A stretch of 64,000 nucleotides of DNA, taken from positions 3,600 to 67,599 of the forward strand of contig JAFODQ010000041.1 in the NCBI GenBank assembly GCA_017380615.1, written 5' to 3'. The stretch comes from Clostridia bacterium (lineage in GTDB: Bacteria; Bacillota; Clostridia; Oscillospirales; Acutalibacteraceae). Each line of letters opens with the position of its first letter. Position 1 is the first letter of the stretch. The notes below the pieces were generated by a model. That model was not told the DNA's origin, did not search any database, and was given only the letters and a program-made list of their open reading frames with translations. A program made the translations under genes and the position numbers. This document shows, piece after piece, positions 1 through 8,035 of the stretch.

Positions 1-798
1 TTCATGGCAATGATAAAGTTAACCACTCTTCGCGTTGATGAAAATTCTGTAAAAACAAATGAGGGTGGCGGAAAGTTCAATATTTTTGCTGCTTTCGGTA
101 AGTTTATGAAGAACCGTCCGGCAGTTGGTGCAACAGTTGCAGCAATGGGTATGTTCCTCGGCATGCAGTCAGCCTCCACAGCAAACACAATTATGTTTGC
201 AACATATTTCAACAACGCTGCTATGTCCGGTGTTGTTACAATGATCGGATTCCTTCCGATGGTTATTTTCATTCCATTTATTAAAACTCTTGTTAATAAG
301 TTCGGTAAGAAAGAGGTTTCCGTCGTGGGCTCAATTGCAACTCTTGTTGGTGCAGGTATTATGATGGGCTTCCCGATGGTTGACCGTGAAAAGGGCTTGC
401 TTGTTTACCTTGCCGGTCTCGTTCTCTTCGGCGTTGGTATGGGTGTTTACACCTGTGTTTCATGGGCTATGATGAGTGATGCCATTGAGTATAATGAGTG
501 GAAATTCGGCACTCGTGAAGAGGGCACAGTTTATTCTCTTCATTCCTTCTTCCGTAAGCTTGCACAGGGTATCGGACCTTCAATCGTTATTTTTATAATG
601 GGTTACCTTGGTTATGAGGAAAAGCTCGGCACCATCGGTCAGAGCTTTGAAACAGCACAGAATATGTGCTGGCTTGTTGCTAGTCTTTATCTCTTTAGTG
701 CAGTGCTTCAGTTTATCGGTATTGCATTGATTTACAACCTTGATAAGAAGAAGGTTGACACAATGAATGCAGAGCTTGAAGCAAGAAGAAACGCCTAA
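1..798 (+). CDS. Glycoside-pentoside-hexuronide (GPH)/MFS sugar:cation symporter, C-terminal part; 5' end lies outside the window
   Basis: The reading frame is open from the window edge. The product is a multi-pass hydrophobic protein resembling the C-terminal half of MelB/GPH transporters and sits directly upstream of a GH2 gene. Confidence 0.7.
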   Translation, partial: FMAMIKLTTLRVDENSVKTNEGGGKFNIFAAFGKFMKNRPAVGATVAAMGMFLGMQSASTANTIMFATYFNNAAMSGVVTMIGFLPMVIFIPFIKTLVNKFGKKEVSVVGSIATLVGAGIMMGFPMVDREKGLLVYLAGLVLFGVGMGVYTCVSWAMMSDAIEYNEWKFGTREEGTVYSLHSFFRKLAQGIGPSIVIFIMGYLGYEEKLGTIGQSFETAQNMCWLVASLYLFSAVLQFIGIALIYNLDKKKVDTMNAELEARRNA

Positions 799-864
799 TA
801 AAATTAACCTGATGCCCGATAGTAAGCCTATCGGGCATTAAATAAAAAAGGAGAAAATCGATAT

Positions 865-3099
865 ATGAGACAAATTGTAAATATCAACAGAAAATGGGCT
901 TTTACAAAGCGTGCGTCTTCTGTTCCGGCAGAGCTTCCGTTGGATTGGGATTTTGTTAATCTCCCTCATTCATGGAATGCAATTGACGGTCAGGATGGCG
1001 ACAGCGATTTTTACCGTGGCACCTGCTACTATGTTAAAAAGCTTTTAAAATCTGACCTTCCCGAAGCTGATAAGTATTATCTTGAAATCAGGGGAGCTAA
1101 CTCTTCTGCAGATGTTTATCTCAATGGTAAAGTTCTTGCTCACCACGATGGTGGATATTCAACCTGGAGGGTTGATATAACAAACCATCTTCATGTCGAA
1201 AACCTTATCGCCATCGCTGTGGATAATGCGTCAAATGACAAGGTTTATCCTCAGTTTGCAGACTTCACCTTCTATGGCGGTCTCTATCGTGATGTTAACA
1301 TCATCTGTGTGAATAATTCTCATTTTGAGCTTATGTATCACGGTGGTCCCGGTGTTAAAATCACACCGGTTGTCAACGGTAAAAATGCTGAGGTTGAAAT
1401 CGAAACATGGGTTTCAAACCTTAAAGCTGGTCAGCAGATTAAATATGTAATAAAGGATGCCGAAGGCAATGCTGTTTGTGAGAAAATAACTAATGATACA
1501 AAGGTTGATTTCGTTATTGAGGACGTTAACCTATGGCACGGCAGAAAGAATCCTTATCTTTACACAGCAGAGCTTCAGCTTGTTGAAGGCGAAAAGGTGC
1601 TTGATTGCATTTCCTCCCGCTTCGGCTGCAGAAGCTATGTGATTGACCCTGAAAACGGCTTCATCCTCAACGGAGAAGAATATCCACTTCGTGGTGTTTC
1701 ACGCCATCAGGACAGATGGGGCTTCGGTAATGCTCTTCTGCCTGAGCACCATGAGGAGGATATCGACCTCATAATGGAGGTTGGTGCAACAACAATCCGT
1801 CTTGCTCACTATCAGCACGACCAATATTTCTATGATCTCTGTGATGAAAAGGGTCTTGTTATCTGGGCAGAAATTCCATATATCTCAAAGCATATGCCAA
1901 CAGCTCGCGAAAACACAATTTCACAGATGACCGAGCTTGTTGTGCAGAATTATAACCATCCGTCAATTGTTGTCTGGGGACTTTCAAACGAAATTACCAT
2001 GCAGGGTGACAGTGACCCTGATCTTCTTGAAAACCATAATATTCTTAATGATTTGGTTCACGAGCTTGACAAAACAAGAAAAACAGTTATTGCTGCTGTT
2101 TCAATGTGCGATATTGAAAGTCCGTATATCCAAATTCCTGATTGTGTTTCATATAATCATTATTTTGGCTGGTATGGTGGCGACACCTCAATGAACGGGC
2201 CTTGGTTTGATAACTTCCATAAGCGCTTCCCTGAAATTCCGATCGGCTGCAGTGAGTATGGATGTGAAGCTCTTAATTGGCATACCTCCGACCCACAGCA
2301 GGGCGATTACACCGAAGAATATCAGGCATATTACCACGAGGAACTGATAAAACAGCTCTTTTCAAGAAAATATATGTGGGCAACACATGTCTGGAATATG
2401 TTTGATTTCGGTGCAGATTCCCGTAATGAGGGTGGCGAAAACGGACAGAATCATAAGGGTCTTGTAACCTTTGATCGTAAGTATAAGAAGGATTCATTCT
2501 ATGCATATAAGGCGTGGCTTTCAGATGAAAAGTTTGTTCACCTTTGCGGCAAAAGATATGTTGACAGAGTGGAGGAGGTTACAAAGGTAACGGTTTACTC
2601 CAATCTCCCTGAGGTTGAACTTTTTGCAAACGGAAAGAGCCTTGGAAAGAAGGCTGCCGCAGACCACTTCTTTTATTTCGATGTACCGAATGTGGGTGAA
2701 ACAGAGCTTGTTGCTGTTGCAGGTGAATTTTCGGATTCTTCCGTTATCCGTAAGGTTGATGAATTTAACAACTCCTATCGCCTCGTGGAAAAGGGTGCAG
2801 TGCTTAACTGGTTCGATATTGATGCTCCCGAAGGATATTATTCACTTAACGACAAGCTTTCTGATATAATGGCTTGTCCGGAGGGTGCAGCCTTTGTTAA
2901 GGGTCTTGCTGCACAGATGATGAAGGGCATCGGCAACACAGAAATGGGTGAGGATGCATTCGGTGGTGCTATGATGCAGATGATGGGCAGCTTTACGGTT
3001 CTTCGCCTTGCAAGCCTCATGGGTGCTGCTAATGTGAAGTTCTCAAAAGAAGACCTTCTCGGACTCAATGCAATGCTTAACAAAATAAAAAAACCATAA
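865..3099 (+). CDS. Glycoside hydrolase family 2 (beta-galactosidase-like)
   Basis: 744 aa. GH2 sugar-binding and TIM-barrel layout, acid/base motif WGLSNE, nucleophile region SEYGCE. AGGAG RBS upstream. Confidence 0.85.
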   Translation: MRQIVNINRKWAFTKRASSVPAELPLDWDFVNLPHSWNAIDGQDGDSDFYRGTCYYVKKLLKSDLPEADKYYLEIRGANSSADVYLNGKVLAHHDGGYSTWRVDITNHLHVENLIAIAVDNASNDKVYPQFADFTFYGGLYRDVNIICVNNSHFELMYHGGPGVKITPVVNGKNAEVEIETWVSNLKAGQQIKYVIKDAEGNAVCEKITNDTKVDFVIEDVNLWHGRKNPYLYTAELQLVEGEKVLDCISSRFGCRSYVIDPENGFILNGEEYPLRGVSRHQDRWGFGNALLPEHHEEDIDLIMEVGATTIRLAHYQHDQYFYDLCDEKGLVIWAEIPYISKHMPTARENTISQMTELVVQNYNHPSIVVWGLSNEITMQGDSDPDLLENHNILNDLVHELDKTRKTVIAAVSMCDIESPYIQIPDCVSYNHYFGWYGGDTSMNGPWFDNFHKRFPEIPIGCSEYGCEALNWHTSDPQQGDYTEEYQAYYHEELIKQLFSRKYMWATHVWNMFDFGADSRNEGGENGQNHKGLVTFDRKYKKDSFYAYKAWLSDEKFVHLCGKRYVDRVEEVTKVTVYSNLPEVELFANGKSLGKKAAADHFFYFDVPNVGETELVAVAGEFSDSSVIRKVDEFNNSYRLVEKGAVLNWFDIDAPEGYYSLNDKLSDIMACPEGAAFVKGLAAQMMKGIGNTEMGEDAFGGAMMQMMGSFTVLRLASLMGAANVKFSKEDLLGLNAMLNKIKKP

Positions 3100-3100
3100 C

Positions 3101-3141
3101 AAAAAACCGTTCCTGCAAATCGCAGGAACGGTGATTTTTTT
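3101..3141. terminator. Bidirectional rho-independent terminator between the GH2 and GtrA-like genes
   Basis: 10-bp stem CCGTTCCTGC/GCAGGAACGG, flanked by an A-run on the left and a T-run on the right. Confidence 0.7.
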
Positions 3142-3150
3142 GAAGAGCTA

Positions 3151-3693
3151 TTATGCCTTTTTCTCTTTCTTCTCGTGGAAGAGAATCTTGTCAACAGGGA
3201 AGTAAAGCACAAACTGAAGAGTTGAGCAAACTGCTGTTGCGATTGTGAGAGAAAGACCACTGCCAAAGCCGAATTTTGTAACACAAAGACCGAAGATTGT
3301 CGGGTTAAGCCAAGCAGAGAAGCAAACAAGGGCAACTGTAAAGATTATGTAGATTGGAAGAGCAACCTTGATGTTTGCACTTGAATTGAAGGTTTTTTCC
3401 TTGTTAATGAAGAATGCAACAATCTGTGCAAGGATGTTTGCAACGTTTGCAGAAATGAAAAGTGCAAGACCACAACGCTCGCCTTCAATAACAGGATAAT
3501 CAAATACCCACCAGTGGAAAGCAGTGTCGCTCAAATCCTTGATTGCCGGGATATTGTAAAGGATCGCAAGAGAAACCACCTGAACAATACAAGCACCAAG
3601 GCTAACTACAATAAACTTAACAAACTGCCAAAAGGTTTCAACCTTTTTGCCTTTTTTTGCAGCGGCAGCATCGATGTTATCTAACCAACTCAT
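3151..3693 (-). CDS. GtrA-family membrane protein
   Basis: Four predicted TM segments and a GtrA-like N-terminal pattern (FWQFVKFIVVSL). I place the start at the ATG at 3693, preceded by GAGGTG; the ORF track starts at 3729. Confidence 0.6.
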   Translation of the reverse strand: MSWLDNIDAAAAKKGKKVETFWQFVKFIVVSLGACIVQVVSLAILYNIPAIKDLSDTAFHWWVFDYPVIEGERCGLALFISANVANILAQIVAFFINKEKTFNSSANIKVALPIYIIFTVALVCFSAWLNPTIFGLCVTKFGFGSGLSLTIATAVCSTLQFVLYFPVDKILFHEKKEKKA

Positions 3694-3861
3694 TTTAACA
3701 CACCTCATATGAATTAAATTTGTAAACACAGTTTAACATAATAATTTTTTGGTGTCAATCTATTATATTTTTCTTTACAAAAATAAAAAAATATTTTATA
3801 GTATATTATGGAAATAAAAGTAAACACTTACTTTTGAATAACATTGAAAGGATAATGATTT

Positions 3862-4395
3862 ATGGAACTCAAAGGATCTAAAACAGAGAAAAATCTTCGT
3901 GCTGCTTTTTCAGGTGAGAGCGAAGCAAGAAACAAATACACCTACTTTGCATCTGTTGCAAAGAAGGAAGGTTATCAGCAGATTGCTGCAATTTTCGAAG
4001 AAACAGCAAACAACGAGAAGGAACATGCAAAAATGTGGTTCAAGGAGCTTAAGGCTCTCGGAAACACAGCAGAAAACCTTCTTGCAGCAGCAGAAGGCGA
4101 GAATTATGAGTGGACAGATATGTATGCAACCTTTGCTGATGAAGCAGAGGAGGAGGGCTTTATAGAGCTTGCTGCAAAATTCAGAGCTGTTGCAAAAATA
4201 GAGAAATCTCACGAGGAAAGATACAGAAAGCTTCTTTCAAATGTTGAGATGCAGAAGGTTTTCGAAAAGTCAGAGGAAACAATGTGGGAATGCCGCAACT
4301 GTGGTCACCTTGTGATGGGTAAGAAGGCACCTGATGTTTGCCCTGTTTGTGCACATCCACAGAGCTATTTTGAGGTAAGAAAAGAAAACTATTGA
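3862..4395 (+). CDS. rbr: Rubrerythrin
   Basis: N-terminal ferritin-like di-iron domain (two ExxH motifs) plus a C-terminal rubredoxin CxxC...CxxC (CRNCGH...CPVCAH). Confidence 0.92.
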   Translation: MELKGSKTEKNLRAAFSGESEARNKYTYFASVAKKEGYQQIAAIFEETANNEKEHAKMWFKELKALGNTAENLLAAAEGENYEWTDMYATFADEAEEEGFIELAAKFRAVAKIEKSHEERYRKLLSNVEMQKVFEKSEETMWECRNCGHLVMGKKAPDVCPVCAHPQSYFEVRKENY

Positions 4396-4407
4396 TTAAA
4401 TAATAAT

Positions 4408-4446
4408 GAAACACCCTTTATCGGAAGATAAAGGGTGTGTTTTTTG
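4408..4446. terminator. Rho-independent terminator shared by the convergent genes
   Basis: 12-bp stem ACACCCTTTATC/GATAAAGGGTGT with loop GGAA, followed by a T-run. Confidence 0.7.
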
Positions 4447-4505
4447 CGAAAGAGTAACCAAAGGTCACAGAATCGAGGTAAAAGTAAGCAAAAGTAGTGT
4501 AGAGA

Positions 4506-4882
4506 TTAAAAATACTGCTTATACTCCGGTTCTGTTTTTAATTCTGTTAGCAGTTCACCTATGTTTTCAAAAAACGATTTTCCAACAAATCCTCGGAAAG
4601 GCTCCCACATTGCGGGTAGCGCATTGTCGTGTGCGCAAATATATTTCCATTCATCTTCATCGTATTGATAGACTGCTTCCAGTTGATAAGTAAAAAAACT
4701 TTTTCATCCTTCAGTACAACATACCTCATTGAACGATCTTTTGAATAAAACACTTTTACAACTTTATCAGAAAATGTATCAAGATGCTTGTCGTACATCA
4801 TTTCTACAACAGTTTCCCAAGACGGCATTGGAGGTATTTCTACCACGGCTTTCTTCTTAAACAGTTTTGTAAAGAAGTTCAT
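4506..4882 (-). pseudogene. Small hypothetical protein split by a frameshift at a T7 run. Frame 0 ends at 4559; the -1 frame continues to 4506. The fused product would be about 125 aa
   Basis: The ATG at 4882 overlaps the upstream stop as ATGA. After the frame-0 codons GTT TTT TTA (4699-4691), the -1 frame reads TYQLEAVYQYDEDEWKYICAHDNALPAMWEPFRGFVGKSFFENIGELLTELKTEPEYKQYF with no stop. Confidence 0.6.
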
Positions 4883-5226
4883 TTTGTGTTCTCCTTTGCG
4901 GTGTTGATGGAGGAGATGAGCATTCTGCGAATTGAACCACAATCATGCAATATGGTCTTAGCAATTTCATCAGAGATAATATCCGCTTTTTGTGCTATTT
5001 CAATCCAATATTCTGTTTCATAGCATTCCTTCAACGAGATCTGTAGTTTTGCAATAAAATCAGGACGGCTGTGTGCATATTTTGCCTCGCGGATATTTGC
5101 TCCAATACTTGTACCGCTTCGTTCAAGCTGGTTTGACAAAGAATAATGTCCTTTTATATCATCTGTCAGTTTTAATATTTGAATTGCAAATTCTGTTGAC
5201 ATATCAGCAAGTTTATTTTCAGCCAT
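4879..5226 (-). CDS. Four-helix-bundle protein (23S rRNA intervening-sequence protein / Avd family)
   Basis: Characteristic motifs QLERSGTSIGANIREA and YETEYW. AAGAGGTGA RBS lies 7 nt before the ATG at 5226. Confidence 0.8.
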   Translation of the reverse strand: MAENKLADMSTEFAIQILKLTDDIKGHYSLSNQLERSGTSIGANIREAKYAHSRPDFIAKLQISLKECYETEYWIEIAQKADIISDEIAKTILHDCGSIRRMLISSINTAKENTK

Positions 5227-5247
5227 AGAAATCACCTCTTTGAATAC

Positions 5248-5276
5248 ATTATATCACAGCTCTTGATGCTTTTCAA
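5248..5276 (-). promoter_or_regulatory. Sigma-A-type promoter for the four-helix-bundle operon
   Basis: On the minus strand: TTGAAA (5276-5271), a 17-nt spacer, then TATAAT (5253-5248). Confidence 0.6.
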
Positions 5277-5440
5277 TGAAATCGCGCGAGCGCGATGAAA
5301 TCCTCACTACGCTCGGATGAAATCTGCTTCGCAGATGAAATCAAATCCGTCCTTCTCCCGACGAAGTCGGATTTCATCACGGAGTGATTTCATCCCACGA
5401 AAGTGGGATTTATCCCGTCCGATAGGACGGATTTAGTTGA
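5265..5440. repeat. Array of eight 9-mers (four GATGAAATC-type, then four GATTTCATC-type) separated by short, sequence-diverse hairpins
   Basis: 9-mers start at 5276, 5294, 5316 and 5334 (GAA core) and at 5370, 5386, 5407 and 5430 (TTC core). Intervening stems include ATCGCG/CGCGAT, ATCTGC/GCAGAT, CCGAC/GTCGG, ATCAC/GTGAT, ATCCCAC/GTGGGAT and CCGTCC/GGACGG. Confidence 0.8.
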
Positions 5441-5480
5441 AAAGAACCCACACTTGTTGTAAACAAATGTGGGTTCTTTT
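5441..5480 (-). terminator. Terminator downstream of tRNA-Arg
   Basis: Stem GAACCCACA/TGTGGGTTC with an extended inner stem, flanked by A and T runs. Confidence 0.75.
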
Positions 5481-5481
5481 C

Positions 5482-5558
5482 TGGCCCGCCCGAAGGGATT
5501 TGAACCCCCGTTCTTCAGAATCGGAATCTGCTGCGTTATCCAGCTGCGCCACGGACGG
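5482..5558 (-). tRNA. tRNA-Arg (anticodon CCG)
   Basis: 77 nt. Acceptor CCGTCCG/CGGGCGG, anticodon loop TTCCGAT, T-loop TTCAAAT, encoded CCA. Confidence 0.88.
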
Positions 5559-5573
5559 ATGTTTTACTTTCTA

Positions 5574-5602
5574 ATTATAATATTACGGTGTTGTTTTTTC
5601 AA
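5574..5602 (-). promoter_or_regulatory. Promoter for tRNA-Arg
   Basis: On the minus strand: TTGAAA, 17 nt, TATAAT. The -10 element ends about 15 nt upstream of the tRNA 5' end. Confidence 0.6.
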
Positions 5603-5805
5603 GAGGAAAAGACTATAATTAAAAAAACTGTAATATACTAAAACAGAGGATGCCTATCTCTTATTGGTTTCCCACAGTGAAAACTGTTTTTATCCCATAA
5701 GAATTGGGAGGTTAGAAGAAATGGTCGGTTTTTTACTGACTCAACCAATGGTTTGTTGATATTTATTCCCCTATGTCATAAAATGTTTACGAAAGGAGGT
5801 CGAGT

Positions 5806-6426
5806 ATGGATCAAATTAAAATAGGTAAGTTTGTTGCCGAAAGACGAAAAACAGCAGGTCTTACCCAGCTTCAGCTTGCAGAAAAGCTGGGTGTAAGTGA
5901 TAGAGCTGTTTCGAAATGGGAAAACGGAAGATCTATGCCTGATTCGTCCGTAATGCTTGACCTATGCAATGAATTAGGCATAACAGTTAATGACTTGTTA
6001 TCAGGGGAGGTTGTTACAGTGGATAATTACAATAAAGAAATTGAAAGCAAATTGCTTGAAATGGTAAAGCAAAAAGAAGAAAGTGATAAAAGATTGCTTA
6101 TGCTTGAGTGGGTTATCGGTATTCTTTCTTGTGTGCTTATATTTGTGCCAGCGGCAATTGTTGCATATTTTCCTATGGAAGAGTGGCAGCAATTTGCTGT
6201 TATTCTGCCGGGTCTTATTCCCGGAGTTGTCGGATTGTGCTTTGCTATGAGAATTGAACAGGTGGCAGGTTACTATGAGTGCAAGCACTGCAAGCACAGA
6301 TATGTGCCCACTCTTAAAGCTGTTTGGTTTGCTATGCATATGGGCAGAACAAGATATATGAAATGCCCACATTGTGGTAAGAAATCCTGGCAGAAAAAAG
6401 TTATAAGCAAAGAAAATGACAATTGA
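5806..6426 (+). CDS. XRE-family helix-turn-helix protein with two TM segments and a C-terminal zinc ribbon
   Basis: N-terminal HTH_3 pattern (LTQLQLAEKLGVSDRAVSKWENG), a central hydrophobic pair, and CKHC...CPHC. AGGAGG RBS upstream. Confidence 0.75.
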   Translation: MDQIKIGKFVAERRKTAGLTQLQLAEKLGVSDRAVSKWENGRSMPDSSVMLDLCNELGITVNDLLSGEVVTVDNYNKEIESKLLEMVKQKEESDKRLLMLEWVIGILSCVLIFVPAAIVAYFPMEEWQQFAVILPGLIPGVVGLCFAMRIEQVAGYYECKHCKHRYVPTLKAVWFAMHMGRTRYMKCPHCGKKSWQKKVISKENDN

Positions 6427-6431
6427 AATTA

Positions 6432-6467
6432 TATTCGGGTACTGATTCAGTGCCCGAATATATTTTT
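6432..6467 (+). terminator. Rho-independent terminator
   Basis: Stem ATTCGGGTACTG/CAGTGCCCGAAT followed by a T-run. Confidence 0.65.
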
Positions 6468-6582
6468 ATTGAGAATCCTTACAAAAAAACTCAAAAAGTA
6501 AATAAATTTCTTTACAAATTGCCATATATGTATTATTATGAAAATATTAAATGCTTCGGCAAAAAATGAAAGTGGTGAAGTT

Positions 6583-7980
6583 ATGGAAAAACTCGAAAAA
6601 AGATATGGTCTGCCAACAGCTATATGTATGGTTGTGGGAACTGTTATCGGATCAGGTGTTTTCTTTAAGGCACAAAATGTTCTTGTTGCAACAAATGGTG
6701 ATATGCCTCTTGGTATTCTTGCTTGGGTGATCACAGGTCTTCTCATGATTATCTGTTCATTGCAGTTTGCTTCAATGGCACAGAAATACCAGAAGGTCAG
6801 CGGTGTTGTTGACTATGCTGAGGTTACTTGTGGTAAGGGCTATGCATATTATCTTGCATGGTTTATGGTTAATGTTTACTATCCCGGTATGACATCTGTT
6901 CTTGCGTGGGTATCAGCGCGCTATTTCGGTGTTCTTTTTGGCTGGGATTTAGCAAGTCCTCAGGTTCTTTGTTTGGCTGGCTTTGCTCTTATCGCATCTT
7001 ACACACTCAACGCTTTCTCACCAAGGCTTGCAGGTAAGTTTCAGATCAGTGCAACTGTTATCAAGCTTATTCCTATCACCCTGATGGCAATTGTTGGTAC
7101 AATAGTCGGTATCAGATCAGGTGTTCTTACAGAGAATTTCACATCCGTTGTTGATGCAGCTGCTCAGGCAGTTGGCGGTGGAAAGAGTGCAGGCCTCTTC
7201 GCAGCAGTTGTTGCAACTGTTTTCGCATATGAAGGCTGGATTGTTGCCACATCAATCAATGCAGAGCTCAAGAATCCCAAGAGAAATCTTCCAATCGCTC
7301 TTACAATCGGTGCTGTTATCGTTGTTGTTGCCTATGTTTTCTATTACATTGGTGTTGGCGGCGGTGCTTCAACCGAGGTGCTTATCAAAGAAGGTGCAAC
7401 AACAGCATTCACAAACATCTTCGGCAAGGTTGGTGGTACCTTCCTTAACATCTGCATTGTTATTTCATGTCTCGGTACACTCAATGGTCTTATGGTTGGT
7501 GCAACCCGTGGTATGTATGCTATCGCATCCCGTGAAGAAGGACCAAGACCTGAAATGTTCAATCAGATTGACAAGACAACAAACATGGTAACAAACTCTT
7601 CAATCTGGGGCTTGTTCGTATGTAGCGCATGGCTCGTTTATTTCTATGGCGCAAACCTCACAGAGGGTTGGTTCGGTTACTTCAATTTTGACTCATCAGA
7701 GCTTCCGATTGTTACAATTTATGGTATGTATATTCCGATTTTCATTGCATGGATGATCAAGGAGAAGGAGCTCGGATTTGTAAAGCGTTTCGTATTACCG
7801 ATCATTGCTATTGCAGCTTGTGGATTTATGGTATTTGCTGCTGTTTATGCTCACGGCATTACACTATACAATGCGGCTAAAGTGAATGGTGAATTTTCAT
7901 TCCCTGTATTATTCTATCTCATCCTTTTTGCTATTATTATGCTTGCAGGAGCATTCGTAAGAAACAGCAAAAAGAAATAA
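6583..7980 (+). CDS. APC-superfamily amino acid permease
   Basis: About 12 TM segments and an N-terminal GTVIGSGVF motif. I place the start at MEKLEK (6583), because a TTTACA-17-TATTAT promoter overlaps the ORF-track start at 6538. Confidence 0.82.
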   Translation: MEKLEKRYGLPTAICMVVGTVIGSGVFFKAQNVLVATNGDMPLGILAWVITGLLMIICSLQFASMAQKYQKVSGVVDYAEVTCGKGYAYYLAWFMVNVYYPGMTSVLAWVSARYFGVLFGWDLASPQVLCLAGFALIASYTLNAFSPRLAGKFQISATVIKLIPITLMAIVGTIVGIRSGVLTENFTSVVDAAAQAVGGGKSAGLFAAVVATVFAYEGWIVATSINAELKNPKRNLPIALTIGAVIVVVAYVFYYIGVGGGASTEVLIKEGATTAFTNIFGKVGGTFLNICIVISCLGTLNGLMVGATRGMYAIASREEGPRPEMFNQIDKTTNMVTNSSIWGLFVCSAWLVYFYGANLTEGWFGYFNFDSSELPIVTIYGMYIPIFIAWMIKEKELGFVKRFVLPIIAIAACGFMVFAAVYAHGITLYNAAKVNGEFSFPVLFYLILFAIIMLAGAFVRNSKKK

Positions 7981-7995
7981 AACTTGTATAAAATT

Positions 7996-8027
7996 AAAGC
8001 CTCGGCAATGCCGAGGCTTTGATTTTT
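7996..8027. terminator. Bidirectional terminator between the permease and GH13 genes
   Basis: Stem AAAGCCTCGGC/GCCGAGGCTTT with T-rich flanks. Confidence 0.65.
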
Positions 8028-8035
8028 GTTCGTTT

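Noticed and set aside
4406-4693. 95-aa plus-strand ORF between rubrerythrin and the four-helix-bundle operon.
   Set aside because: It starts inside the rubrerythrin terminator and lies antisense to the minus-strand gene, whose two frames give far more protein-like sequence.
5265-5440. CRISPR array.
   Set aside because: The conserved element is only 9 bp, the spacers are 8-27 bp and self-complementary, the orientation flips mid-array, and no cas genes are present.
4400-5800. Possible diversity-generating retroelement, suggested by the Avd-family four-helix-bundle gene.
   Set aside because: The window has no reverse-transcriptase ORF, no template/variable repeat pair, and no C-type-lectin or Ig-like target gene.
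6447-6746. 99-aa minus-strand ORF spanning the permease promoter region.
   Set aside because: It overlaps the promoter and 5' end of a strongly supported permease gene, and shows neither an RBS nor a family resemblance.
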